NCBI GenBank assembly: GCA_965140585.1
Contig: OZ223272.1
Span: 64,001-128,000, forward strand
Reading direction: 5' to 3'
DNA: 64,000 bases
Source: Spirochaetia bacterium
Lineage (GTDB): Bacteria > Spirochaetota > Spirochaetia > UBA9216
Positions 20,783-30,537 of this stretch are shown here, piece by piece. The notes under the pieces were generated by a model. It worked only from the letters and a program-made list of their open reading frames with translations, had not been told where the DNA came from and did not search any database. Position 1 is the first letter of the stretch; every line of letters begins with the position of its first letter. A program made the position numbers and the translations under genes.

Positions 20783-21993
20783 TTAATCCTCCCGCTTTCT
20801 TCAATCAGGTATTCTTTCCAGTTCGCTCCGTCAAGAACGGGAGCTGAAATAAAAATATCCTTGTCCCCCCTGCCCGACATGTTGACAACAATATTTTTTC
20901 CCGGCCCCAGTTCTTTTGCCAGATTCATTGCTCCGGCCCCGGCATGTGATGATTCCATCGCAAAAATGACACCCTCGTGTTTTGCAAAAAACTTGAGGGC
21001 ATCAAGAGCCTCGGTATCGGTTGCGCTTCTGAACTCAATTCTTCCGGTATTTCCAAGGTGAGCCAGCTGGGGACCGATGCCCGGATAATCAAGACCGGCG
21101 GAAATTGAATGAGTAGGCAGGACCTGGCCGTCGTCATCTACCAGGAAAAAACTCTTGTAGCCCTGAACAATGCCGGGCTTGCCGGAGTCGTCCATACGAA
21201 CGGCATTGTTTCCCCAGCCGTTTCCGCGGCCTCCGGCCTCAACACCGACAAGCCTGGGTTCATCCTTTTCAAGGAAGGGGCTGAAAAAACCGATTGCGTT
21301 TGATCCGCCGCCGACACAGGCGACCATTGCATCAATTTTAAAATCTGCCTGCTCGCTTACCTCGTTCCCGATTACCGACTGAAACTCGCGGACCATATCA
21401 GGATAGGGAGACGGACCGAGGGCGGAACCGAGCAGATAGTGGGTGTTGCCGTAGCTTGCCGTCCAGTCGCGGAAGGCCTCGTTCACAGCATCCTTCAGGG
21501 TACAGCTTCCCGAATCGACACCCCGGACTTCGGCTCCGAAGAGCTCCATCCAGTAAACATTCGGACGCTGACGGCGCATGTCCTCGGTTCCCATATAGAT
21601 GACGCATTCAAGCCCCAGGCGGGCACAGGCTGATGCCGTAGCAACACCGTGCTGCCCGGCGCCGGTTTCAGCAATAACCCGGGTCTTGCCCATCCGCTTT
21701 GCAAGCAGGGCCTGCCCGGCCGCATTGTTTATCTTATGGGCGCCGGTATTGGCAAGCCCCTCAAGTTTTATGTAGATATCCGCGCCGCCGAGTGCCTTAG
21801 TGGCATTTACCGCGTGAAGCAGCGGCGTGGGACGGCCGATAAATTCTTTCTGAAACTTCTTAAAATCAGCAATGAACTCAGGGTCGCTGATCGCTTCAAG
21901 GTATGCGGCCTCAAGTTCTTCATGAGGCTTCCGAAGGACTTCAGGAACATAACGTCCACCGAAATCTCCGAAGTAATTATTGTATTTTTCCAT
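20779..21993 (-). CDS. trpB: Tryptophan synthase beta chain
   Basis: GAHKINNA PLP lysine, AETGAGQHG, SAGLDYPG, SGRGDKD. Confidence 0.97.
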   Translation of the reverse strand: MEKYNNYFGDFGGRYVPEVLRKPHEELEAAYLEAISDPEFIADFKKFQKEFIGRPTPLLHAVNATKALGGADIYIKLEGLANTGAHKINNAAGQALLAKRMGKTRVIAETGAGQHGVATASACARLGLECVIYMGTEDMRRQRPNVYWMELFGAEVRGVDSGSCTLKDAVNEAFRDWTASYGNTHYLLGSALGPSPYPDMVREFQSVIGNEVSEQADFKIDAMVACVGGGSNAIGFFSPFLEKDEPRLVGVEAGGRGNGWGNNAVRMDDSGKPGIVQGYKSFFLVDDDGQVLPTHSISAGLDYPGIGPQLAHLGNTGRIEFRSATDTEALDALKFFAKHEGVIFAMESSHAGAGAMNLAKELGPGKNIVVNMSGRGDKDIFISAPVLDGANWKEYLIEESGRIK

Positions 21994-21994
21994 A

Positions 21995-23458
21995 TCAGCC
22001 TACTCCTTGTTCTATCTGCTGAAACAGGGCTTCCAGTTTTTGGTGATCTTTTATGCCCGGAGAGGATTCCACTCCGCTTGAAATATCTATCAGCGCCGGG
22101 CTGTATTCACGGATTAATCCGCAAACATTATCCGGGTTTATTCCGCCTGCAAGCCAAAGCGCCCGCTTTCCGGCTACTGCCGAAACGAATTCTGGTTCAA
22201 TCTGCTTTCCGGTTCCGCCGTGAGCTTCTTTACTAAATGCATCAATAAGCACTGCGGCGCCCGGAGCCTCGGCGGCAGCGGCGGCAGTATCCTTATCCTT
22301 GATACGAAAGGCCTTGTACCCCGGATACTTCAAATAGCTCTCCGGACCCTCATCACCGTGAAACTGAATGGCATCAAGAGCTCCCGATTCAAGCAGTTCC
22401 AGGTACTGCTGTGGCAGTTCTTCGTCCCGCTTAAGTACAACAACCCCGACTTTCATTATTCCTATATCACTGCAGGAGTTTATAAAATCGGCATCTACCT
22501 TACGGGGCGAATCTGCAAGAATGAAGCCGGCCATATCAGCTCCAAGCTCCTTAACCTTAATCAAATCCTCGCGCCTTGTGATTCCGCAGATTTTCACCAG
22601 AGGCCGACCAGGCCTGTACCGGTTGCAAAGTTCAGTCCAGAAGGCGAATCGACCGTTGGCACATTCAGGGATGAACTTCTCAAGCAGGGTCTTTGTAAAC
22701 TCAGGGTTTCTTACTGCCGATTCACCTACAAGCACTCCGGCAAATCCGCTGCCCGTCACAAAATCAATATCGTATTCAGTTTTTATTCCCGATTCATAAA
22801 CCACCCTGCATGGCCAGTTTATCATCGATCTAATTTTAAGCGGCTGAAGAGGGTCGATTGTAAAGTTCTTCAGGTTACGGCTGTTTATTCCGGTCAGCTC
22901 AGGTTTAAAACTTTCTGCTTTTAACACATCATCCTGATCATGAAGTTCAACAAGTGCTGTAATTCCAAGTTCACCACAACGCTGATACATTGCAGTAAAA
23001 ATATCAGTCTCAAGCAGTGAAGCAATAAGCAGACAGGCATCTGCACCCGCCCGGTAGCTGATGTCGATATCCTCTACACTGACCAGGAAATCTTTTCGCA
23101 GAACCGCTACATGCGGAAAGGCTTTCTTAACCTTAATCAGATCGGTAAGCGAACCTCTGAAGTAGTTCTGCTCAGTCAGAATACTGATATTACGGACACC
23201 CGCCTTGTAGTATTTTCTTGCGAGCTCTACCGGATCAAGTGAGGTGTCTATATTCTTTACTGACGGAGATTTACGTTTTATCTCGCAGATAACCGGGGAT
23301 ATGCCCAGGAAGGAGGTCAGGGGAACTTCACGTTCTTCGGGCAACTCAATTCCCTGTGCCGGGCCAAGCCTTTTTATGTCCTCAATCCTGCGGGCAGTTA
23401 TTTCGGCTCTGATATCCAGAGCCCCCATAGGCCTGTTATCTTTAGCCGGATTATTCAA
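21995..23458 (-). CDS. trpCF: Bifunctional IGP synthase / PRA isomerase (TrpC-TrpF fusion)
   Basis: EIKRKSPS, LRKDF, GINSRNL, YESGI, then VKICGIT, GGTG, LAGG, DISSGVE. Confidence 0.93.
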   Translation of the reverse strand: MNNPAKDNRPMGALDIRAEITARRIEDIKRLGPAQGIELPEEREVPLTSFLGISPVICEIKRKSPSVKNIDTSLDPVELARKYYKAGVRNISILTEQNYFRGSLTDLIKVKKAFPHVAVLRKDFLVSVEDIDISYRAGADACLLIASLLETDIFTAMYQRCGELGITALVELHDQDDVLKAESFKPELTGINSRNLKNFTIDPLQPLKIRSMINWPCRVVYESGIKTEYDIDFVTGSGFAGVLVGESAVRNPEFTKTLLEKFIPECANGRFAFWTELCNRYRPGRPLVKICGITRREDLIKVKELGADMAGFILADSPRKVDADFINSCSDIGIMKVGVVVLKRDEELPQQYLELLESGALDAIQFHGDEGPESYLKYPGYKAFRIKDKDTAAAAAEAPGAAVLIDAFSKEAHGGTGKQIEPEFVSAVAGKRALWLAGGINPDNVCGLIREYSPALIDISSGVESSPGIKDHQKLEALFQQIEQGVG

Positions 23459-25064
23459 CTCTTTCCTCCAGCAGGATGCTGCTTCTGATTAGTGACTCGA
23501 GCTTCTTTTTAACAGCTCCGGATTCAAGAACCTTTTTTGCCTTCTCATATCCCTCGGTGATAGATTCGGCATTGCCGGTGACAACCATGGCAGCTCCGGC
23601 ATTTAGCAGACAGGCTGCCTTTATGGCAGCTGGACCTGCGCCTTCGACTATACTTCTGCCGATAACAGCATTTTCATCAGCCAGACCGCCTTTCAGATCA
23701 TCAAGGGTAAAACCCTCAATTCCGGCTTCCTTCGGATCAAAAATAAAATCATTCTCAACACCGTCATTATCGATCATGAAAATCCTTGTCGGAGCTGCAG
23801 GCGATATTTCATCAAGCCCGTCATTGCTGTGGACCGTCATTACCCGTTTAGCACCAAGCATCTTCATAGCCCTCGCCATAACAGGGCAGAGCTCATTATT
23901 ATATACGCCGATTAGAAGATATGCAGCCTCGGCAGGATTAACCAGTGGGCCGAGCAGGTTCATTATTGTTTTAACGCCCATCTCTCTGCGTACCGGAGCC
24001 GCGTGGGCCATAGCCTTGTGAAAGAGAGGGGCAAATAGAAATGCAAACTGTTCCTTTTCAAGAAGCTCAGTCGATTTCTCAGGACTCAAGTTGTAGCGGA
24101 TTCCCATTTCCCGGTAGAAATCAGCACTTCCGCTTTTTGAACTTACCGCACGGTTGCCATGCTTTGCAACGGTAATTCCTGACGCTGCAAGAATGAGCGC
24201 GGAGAGGGAGCTTATGTTGAAAGTGTGGTGTCCGTCTCCGCCGGTACCGACTATATCAAGGACATCAGATGAGGTTTCAAGATGAACTTTTTTACGTTTT
24301 AAAACTTCTGCACATCCGGCGATTTCATCTGCAGCTATCCCCTTGCAGTTGAGTGCTGAGAGAACAGCCGCTGTATAGGCCGGGTTAAGAGAGCCTTCGG
24401 TCAGCTCATCCATGAAATCGGCAGCTTCCTTCCTGCTTAAATCCTCACCCTTCTGAACCTTGACCAGCAGGGCTGTCTTATCCAGAGGTTCAAGCTTATA
24501 CCGCAGAAAATTCTTTAAAATGATTTTACCGGCATCAATACATCCGATTGATTCAGGATGAAACTGGACACCTTCAATCACGTAATCCTTGTGCCGCAGT
24601 CCCATTATTTCACCGTCGGCGCTCTCGGCGGTAATCTCCAGGCATTCCGGCAGGGTTGAGCGTTCGGCAGCAAGTGAATGATAGCGCGTAAAATCGGCTG
24701 ATGCAGGGAGGTTTCTGAAAAGCCCTCTGCCATCCAGAGATATGCTTTCAACTTTTCCGTGAACGATATTCTTTGCACTGACTATCCGCCCGCCGAAACT
24801 TTCGGCAATGGCCTGATGTCCAAGGCAGATACCTAGGATTGGAATCTTTCCGGCAAAGTGATTGATGGCCTCGATTGAAATACCTGCATCTGCAGGGGTT
24901 CCCGGGCCCGGAGAAATAATCAGACTTTCAGGATTAAGTTTTTCAATCTCTTTGACGGTAATCCTGTTGTTTCTGAAAACCTGTACCGGGGTCTCGGTAA
25001 GTTTTGATAGTTCCTGAAAGACGTTGTATGTGAAAGAATCATAGTTATCAATTATTACAATCAT
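23451..25064 (-). CDS. trpGD: Anthranilate synthase component II / phosphoribosyltransferase (TrpG-TrpD fusion)
   Basis: IDNYDSFT, GICLGHQ, QFHPES, then GTGGDG, KHGNR, GLDE. Confidence 0.94.
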   Translation of the reverse strand: MIVIIDNYDSFTYNVFQELSKLTETPVQVFRNNRITVKEIEKLNPESLIISPGPGTPADAGISIEAINHFAGKIPILGICLGHQAIAESFGGRIVSAKNIVHGKVESISLDGRGLFRNLPASADFTRYHSLAAERSTLPECLEITAESADGEIMGLRHKDYVIEGVQFHPESIGCIDAGKIILKNFLRYKLEPLDKTALLVKVQKGEDLSRKEAADFMDELTEGSLNPAYTAAVLSALNCKGIAADEIAGCAEVLKRKKVHLETSSDVLDIVGTGGDGHHTFNISSLSALILAASGITVAKHGNRAVSSKSGSADFYREMGIRYNLSPEKSTELLEKEQFAFLFAPLFHKAMAHAAPVRREMGVKTIMNLLGPLVNPAEAAYLLIGVYNNELCPVMARAMKMLGAKRVMTVHSNDGLDEISPAAPTRIFMIDNDGVENDFIFDPKEAGIEGFTLDDLKGGLADENAVIGRSIVEGAGPAAIKAACLLNAGAAMVVTGNAESITEGYEKAKKVLESGAVKKKLESLIRSSILLEERVE

Positions 25065-25073
25065 ATTCCTGCC

Positions 25074-26474
25074 TCACACCTGTATTCCGGCGGCAAGAGC
25101 GGCCGCCCTGAGTTTTTCATTGGTTTCTTCAAGTTCACGTTCGGGGTTGGAATCAAAAACGATTCCTCCGCCGGCCTGCAGATACAGTCTGTCGTGGCGC
25201 TTGAGCCCACTGCGGATTGTTATGCAGGTATCGATATCCCCGGAGGAATCCATATAACCGACAAGGCCGGCATAAAAGCTGCGGTTGAATTTTTCAATTC
25301 TGGAGATGGTTTCTATAGCCTGGATCTTGGGTGCGCCGGAGACGGTTCCCGCCGGAAAGCTTGCCCTTACAGCATCTGTGCTGTCCTTATCATCCCGAAG
25401 CTCACCTTCAACCTGAGAGACTATATGCATCACCTTGGAGTATTTCTCTATCACCATGTATTCAGTTACTTTTACAGTTCCGGTTTTACATACCCTACCA
25501 AGGTCGTTACGGGCAAGATCTATTAGCATAAGATGTTCCGCACGTTCCTTTTCATCTGCCAGAAGTTCATCTGCCAGAGCAATATCCTCGGCTTCGTTCT
25601 TACCTCTTCGACGGGTACCCGCTATCGGACGGATAGTTACTTTGCCGTTTTTCACTTTGATATGAACCTCGGGTGAAGCTCCGTAGAGCTGGTACTCACC
25701 GAAATCCAGAAAGAAAAGATAGGGGGATGGATTTGATGAGCGAAGGTTGCGGTATGCATCAATTGCCTGCATATCGGTTTTTATCTCAAGCCTTCGGGAA
25801 GGTACACCCTGAAGAAGATTCCCCTTAATCACCTCGTCCCGGATTATCCTGACATTCTTTTTGTATTCCTCTTCTACAGCCTTCGATGAAACAATTTCAG
25901 CAGGGTCCGTCTTCGGCGGTTCAGCCATGTAGTTGAAGTTGAGATCAAATATCTTGCTTTCTACTTTCTTAAGTTCCTTCTCGAGATCGACCTCGTATCC
26001 GGGGTAGTTGATAATCAGGATGTAGATTTCATCAGTGTAGTGATCGAAGATAAGAAAATCGTTTCCGAAGAGAAAGCAGGCATCAGGAAGTCCGAGCTGA
26101 TCCGAGCGTTCAACAAAGTTTATGTCATCACAGAACCTTGCGAACTCGAATGATAAAAAGCCTATTCCGCCGGATGGAAAGGGAAAATCGTGTTCAACGC
26201 CCTTGTGAAAAAGGGCAAATTTCTTCACTGAATCAAGAATATCGCGGCCGCCGTTGACTATCTTTTTCTTCCGGCCGTCTGTCGTAACAAGTGCGCAGTC
26301 TGTTCCTTTCTGAACAATACGGAATGCTTCTTTAATAAGAAGGATGGAATATCGCTCACGTCCCTTGCTCAGCGATGATGATTCAAGTATTACAGCAGCA
26401 TTAAGCTTCTGCGCGAGGGCAAAGGGTGTAAACTTCTCGCCCGGTATTTTTTTGACCATGTGCATCTGTCGCAT
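25074..26474 (-). CDS. trpE: Anthranilate synthase component I
   Basis: NPSPY, PIAGTRRRG, AEHLMLIDLARND, GTVSGAPK; first gene of operon. Confidence 0.93.
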   Translation of the reverse strand: MRQMHMVKKIPGEKFTPFALAQKLNAAVILESSSLSKGRERYSILLIKEAFRIVQKGTDCALVTTDGRKKKIVNGGRDILDSVKKFALFHKGVEHDFPFPSGGIGFLSFEFARFCDDINFVERSDQLGLPDACFLFGNDFLIFDHYTDEIYILIINYPGYEVDLEKELKKVESKIFDLNFNYMAEPPKTDPAEIVSSKAVEEEYKKNVRIIRDEVIKGNLLQGVPSRRLEIKTDMQAIDAYRNLRSSNPSPYLFFLDFGEYQLYGASPEVHIKVKNGKVTIRPIAGTRRRGKNEAEDIALADELLADEKERAEHLMLIDLARNDLGRVCKTGTVKVTEYMVIEKYSKVMHIVSQVEGELRDDKDSTDAVRASFPAGTVSGAPKIQAIETISRIEKFNRSFYAGLVGYMDSSGDIDTCITIRSGLKRHDRLYLQAGGGIVFDSNPERELEETNEKLRAAALAAGIQV

Positions 26475-26518
26475 AAAATCTCCCGGTTTCTACCTATAGA
26501 AACGTTATTGTATATAGA

Positions 26519-26547
26519 AACATAGAGTTTTTATCCTAAACTGTCAA
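26519..26547 (-). promoter_or_regulatory. Sigma-70 promoter of trp operon
   Basis: TTGACA-N17-TATGTT on - strand, about 45 nt before the trpE start. Confidence 0.6.
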
Positions 26548-26556
26548 GAAGCAGAT

Positions 26557-26601
26557 AAAAAAAAGGACCTTCTTAATACAACAAATGTATCAAAAAGGCC
26601 C
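26557..26601 (-). terminator. Terminator of sugar ABC operon
   Basis: GGGCCTTTTTGATACA-tttgt-TGTATTAAGAAGGTCC followed by T8 on - strand. Confidence 0.7.
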
Positions 26602-26623
26602 ATGTATATATCAGCACCCGCTG

Positions 26624-27613
26624 TTATGCTTGTCGTTTTATATGCTGCAGATGGTCAATTGATACTGCAAAAAGGAGAATAATACCCTTGATAAGATCCT
26701 GCCAGTATACAGATACATCAAGAAGAATAAGTGAACTGGTTATGATTGACAGAAGGGCGATTCCGAGGATTGATCCGAATACGGTTCCCTCGCCTCCGGT
26801 AAGGCTGGCTCCGCCGATAACGGCAGCGGAAATTGCAGTCATTTCAAGACCTACTCCGAATCCGGGGGTAGAGGCACCGAATCGGGCCATATAGATGATA
26901 CCGGCCAGACCGGCAAGCAGTGAGCAGAGTGTGCTCACTCCGATCTTAACCCGGTTGATTCTTATACCTGAAAACTTTGCAGCCTTTTCATTACTTCCGG
27001 TATAGAATACTTTCCGGAGCAGGGTTGAGTTTCTAAGCATGTAATCACTGAGTATTACTATCACAAGAAAGATTATGATTACAAAGGGAAAGGGTCCGAT
27101 TGTTCCCTGTCCGAGAAACTTGAAGCTTGAAGGAAGTGTGAAAAGGGATAAAGGCGTTCCCTGTGTGATTACAAAGCATGCTCCGCGGGCAATGCCCATA
27201 AATGCCAGTGTCGTAATAAAGTGGACCAGCCCTACCCTGGTAACCAGAATGCCCATTATTGCACCTATTCCGCCGGTTATTACCAGGGCAATTATACTTG
27301 CAAGCCAGGGATCAACACCAAGAAGGAACAGCTTTCCGGCAATACACATTGCCAGACACATTACAGCACCTACGGAAAGGTCGATTCCGCCCAGAACCAG
27401 CATTACAGTCATTCCGACAACAACGATACCTTCGGTTGCAAATGAAAGGAATATAGCCTTCCAGTTGTTCCAGGTCATGAAATAAGGCGACAGAAAATTC
27501 ATCAGAATACATACACCTATGATAATCAGAATAAGGGTTCCTTCCCGAAAGCCCTTAATCTTTGTAAAAATCCGGTTTAATACAGCCAAGCGGTTGTTTG
27601 CAATTTCACTCAT
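26624..27613 (-). CDS. Sugar ABC permease
   Basis: GGIDLSVG, GSNEKAAKFSGI, AAVIGGASLTGG. Confidence 0.93.
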   Translation of the reverse strand: MSEIANNRLAVLNRIFTKIKGFREGTLILIIIGVCILMNFLSPYFMTWNNWKAIFLSFATEGIVVVGMTVMLVLGGIDLSVGAVMCLAMCIAGKLFLLGVDPWLASIIALVITGGIGAIMGILVTRVGLVHFITTLAFMGIARGACFVITQGTPLSLFTLPSSFKFLGQGTIGPFPFVIIIFLVIVILSDYMLRNSTLLRKVFYTGSNEKAAKFSGIRINRVKIGVSTLCSLLAGLAGIIYMARFGASTPGFGVGLEMTAISAAVIGGASLTGGEGTVFGSILGIALLSIITSSLILLDVSVYWQDLIKGIILLFAVSIDHLQHIKRQA

Positions 27614-27624
27614 TATCTTCTCCC

Positions 27625-29133
27625 TTATTCCATCTTTTCCAGACCGGAAGCCATATGGATTATTTTCTTTTCGTTTATATCTTCGCCGGTAATAATACCG
27701 CAGTTTGTACCCTCGTGCATAACCAGAACACGATCGCTCATTCCTATGAGTTCGGGCAATTCTGATGAAATCATTATAACCCCGATTCCCTCACAGGTGA
27801 GAGTTCTTATCAGCTTATGAATTTCAGATTTGGCTCCGACATCGATTCCCCTTGTAGGTTCATCCATGATTACAACCTTCGGATTGACCGAAAGAAGCTT
27901 GGCAATAAGAACCTTCTGCTGGTTTCCTCCCGACAGTGATGAAGCATGCTGAGACAGACTGGCATATTTAACGTTCAGTTTCCCGGCAAATTCGGCTGCC
28001 TGTTTCTTCTCCTTGGAAACATCAACCATCCCGCTCGTGGAAACCTGATCAAGATTCAACGCCGAGATATTAAGCTGGATGGACTTTTCCAGAAATACAC
28101 CCTCCACCTTGCGATCCTCGGTGAGATAAACTATGCCGTGGTTGATGGCATCCTGATAGCTGTTGATTTTTATTTCTTTACCGTTGAAAAACGTACGGCC
28201 TTCAATTTTCGGAAAGAGTCCACATACAGCCTTAACAATTTCGCTTCGGCCGGCTCCTATCAGTCCAGAAAGACCCAGGATTTCCCCCTTATGCAGGGTA
28301 AAGGAGATATCTTTAAACCTGTTTCCATCAGAGAAATTTTCAATCTTCAGCAGTTCATCCTGCTCGGTGCAAACACCATGAAACTTCGGCGGATACAAAT
28401 CGGATATTTCCCGGCCGACCATTCTGCTGACAACTTCCTTCGAGTCAGTCTCGGAAATATTGAGCTCTCCGCAATAGGTGCCGTCTCTGAGTATCGCAAC
28501 TCTGTCGCACTGTGAGAAGATTTCTGCCATTCTGTGGCTTATATATATAATACTGATCCCGTTTCTTTTAAGCTCTTTCATAATTGTGAACAAAGCATCT
28601 GTTTCAGCTTCGGTCAGTGCGGCCGTAGGCTCATCCAGAATCAGTATTTTACAGTCAAGACTTAAAGCTTTCGCAATTTCTACTATCTGCTGCTTTGAAA
28701 TTGAGAGTTCACTGACAACCTTGCGGGGATCAACATCTCCAAGCGGTTTCAGAATTTCAGCAGCTCTTTTATATAGATCCTTGTAATTAACAAATTTACT
28801 TTTAGTATTATTGAGCTCTGCCATAAAAACATTTTCAGCTACAGTGACATGCTGACAGAGCGCTATTTCCTGATGGACAAAGCCTATTCCATGTAACTGA
28901 GCATCCAGCGGATTTCTGATCTGCACTTCTTCTCCATCAATGCGGATAGAACCCTCATCAGGAAGAAGTACACCGTCTATTATGTTCATCAGGGTGGATT
29001 TCCCTGCGCCGTTCTCGCCTACCAGGGCCAGAACTTCACCTTTTTTAAGCCCCAGGCTTACATTATCAAGTGCCCGTGTACCCGGAAAATCCTTTACTAT
29101 CCCCTCTACTTCCAGTACAAAATTATCACTCAA
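27625..29133 (-). CDS. Sugar ABC ATPase with two NBDs
   Basis: GENGAGKS, LDEPTAAL, LSGGNQQK, DEPTRGIDVG. Confidence 0.95.
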   Translation of the reverse strand: MSDNFVLEVEGIVKDFPGTRALDNVSLGLKKGEVLALVGENGAGKSTLMNIIDGVLLPDEGSIRIDGEEVQIRNPLDAQLHGIGFVHQEIALCQHVTVAENVFMAELNNTKSKFVNYKDLYKRAAEILKPLGDVDPRKVVSELSISKQQIVEIAKALSLDCKILILDEPTAALTEAETDALFTIMKELKRNGISIIYISHRMAEIFSQCDRVAILRDGTYCGELNISETDSKEVVSRMVGREISDLYPPKFHGVCTEQDELLKIENFSDGNRFKDISFTLHKGEILGLSGLIGAGRSEIVKAVCGLFPKIEGRTFFNGKEIKINSYQDAINHGIVYLTEDRKVEGVFLEKSIQLNISALNLDQVSTSGMVDVSKEKKQAAEFAGKLNVKYASLSQHASSLSGGNQQKVLIAKLLSVNPKVVIMDEPTRGIDVGAKSEIHKLIRTLTCEGIGVIMISSELPELIGMSDRVLVMHEGTNCGIITGEDINEKKIIHMASGLEKME

Positions 29134-29161
29134 TTACTTCCTCCGTAGTAATGATAAGAAA

Positions 29162-29187
29162 GCCGCACCCTCAGATGAGGATACGGC
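29162..29187 (-). other. Hairpin after binding-protein gene (differential mRNA stability or partial termination)
   Basis: GCCGTATCCTCA-tc-TGAGGGTGCGGC then TTTCTT on - strand. Confidence 0.5.
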
Positions 29188-29200
29188 CTGAAAATTCTGA

Positions 29201-30277
29201 TTATTCGTTGATACCTTTGGTGCCTCTTCTCTTGAGATACTTGTCCCAGTAGAAGTTGTCAGCATTGTCTTTTGTAACAACGGCAAGGCCGTTATCAAGC
29301 AGAGGTATACCGGTAGGGTTGTAGCCTGCATCTTTGTAGTCATTCATCGGATCAACCATGTCTGAATGCTTTGCAAGATAAAGCAGAAGCATTCCGTAGT
29401 ATCCCTGAAGACCCTGGTTCGGGTTGAGAGCAGCAAACATTTCACCGGCTTTGAGCATATCAAGAACCTTTGCATTAACGTCAACACACATTACCCTGAT
29501 GCCTGTTCCAAGTTCTTTGGCAGCCTGAGCAGCACCCATTCCTGAACTGGCTTCCGGCATGAAAACACCGCCGAGGTTCGGATGAGCCTGAGCCATTGTC
29601 ATAAGAGCCTGGTATGCCTTGTTCGGATCCTGGTTTGTAGCAGCTCTGGCAACAACTTTCATGTTGGGATATGCAGTTTCAATTCTTTCGATAAATGCCT
29701 TAACACGCTTGTCGTGGTTATCCTGTCCCGGATTTTCAAGAACAGCAACTTCACCTTTTTCTCCCATATCCTTAGCGATTGTATCGGCAGCAAAACTACC
29801 TTCTCTTGTGTTGTCGGAAGTTATGTAGGAAACACGCTTTGAATTGGGTGAGTCAGCAGCAAATGTAACAACAGGAATTCCCATTTCTGCGGCTCTGTTG
29901 ATAGGTTCAATGAATGCATCCGGATTCATCGGGTGAAGAAGGATACCGGCAGGTTTTTTAGCAAGAATCTGCTCAAATACAGCAAGCTGTTTGTTAACAT
30001 CGTATTCAGGAGTACCTGTATAAACAGTATCAACTCCAAGCTGCTGTCCGGCCTGCTTCATCATTTCATAAACGGGGAACCAGTATTCTACACCTGACAC
30101 CATAACACACATATAATATGTTTCACTGGGGTCGCCGATAAAAGGTGAACTAACCTCTTCTGCATCAGCAGCTGCAGGTGCGGCTGCTGCCTCTTCTTTT
30201 GCACAGCCGCTAAACCCCAGCAGCGCAAACACTGTCAGTACTGCAAGTACAAGAGCAAGAACTTTACTAGTCTTCAT
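29201..30277 (-). CDS. Sugar ABC substrate-binding lipoprotein
   Basis: Hydrophobic leader with FSGC lipobox and Ala-rich linker; GIPVVTFAADS, YITSDN. Confidence 0.9.
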   Translation of the reverse strand: MKTSKVLALVLAVLTVFALLGFSGCAKEEAAAAPAAADAEEVSSPFIGDPSETYYMCVMVSGVEYWFPVYEMMKQAGQQLGVDTVYTGTPEYDVNKQLAVFEQILAKKPAGILLHPMNPDAFIEPINRAAEMGIPVVTFAADSPNSKRVSYITSDNTREGSFAADTIAKDMGEKGEVAVLENPGQDNHDKRVKAFIERIETAYPNMKVVARAATNQDPNKAYQALMTMAQAHPNLGGVFMPEASSGMGAAQAAKELGTGIRVMCVDVNAKVLDMLKAGEMFAALNPNQGLQGYYGMLLLYLAKHSDMVDPMNDYKDAGYNPTGIPLLDNGLAVVTKDNADNFYWDKYLKRRGTKGINE

Positions 30278-30309
30278 AATCTCTCTCCTTTTATTATTGA
30301 ATTATTTTA

Positions 30310-30321
30310 TGACATTTGTCA
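30310..30321. promoter_or_regulatory. Palindromic operator TGACATTTGTCA near the transcription start
   Basis: TGACA-TT-TGTCA; similar boxes at 33673-33696. Confidence 0.55.
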
Positions 30322-30332
30322 AAATGTATATA

Positions 30333-30348
30333 TGCAGTAAGCATGCCA
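30333..30348 (-). promoter_or_regulatory. Sigma-54 (-24/-12) promoter of the sugar ABC operon
   Basis: - strand TGGCATGCTTACTGCA = GG-N10-GC, about 55 nt before the start; adjacent sigma-54 activator gene. Confidence 0.8.
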
Positions 30349-30422
30349 AAAATCTGAAAAACAGCTAAGTCACACATTCAGAATAAGTTAACAGATTCCG
30401 GGAAAATCTGTCAAAAATAATG

Positions 30423-30473
30423 TGTTCAGAATCTGGACAGATCTGTTCGAATTACATGTTCAGAAAATGTTCA
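30423..30473. promoter_or_regulatory. Candidate upstream activator sites for the NtrC-like regulator
   Basis: TGTTCAGAATCTGGACA (30423) and TGTTCAGAAAATGTTCA (30457), 75-125 bp upstream of -24. Confidence 0.5.
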
Positions 30474-30537
30474 CTTCCCAGTTTGGTAAAGTTTTATCTT
30501 TGAAGGCTTAAAAAACCGTGTTAAAGTATTTCCACCG

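Noticed and set aside
21649-24021. Long + strand ORFs (195, 234, 181 aa) and the many similar short ORFs across the window
   Set aside because: Antisense or out-of-frame shadows of well-supported genes, with no motifs.
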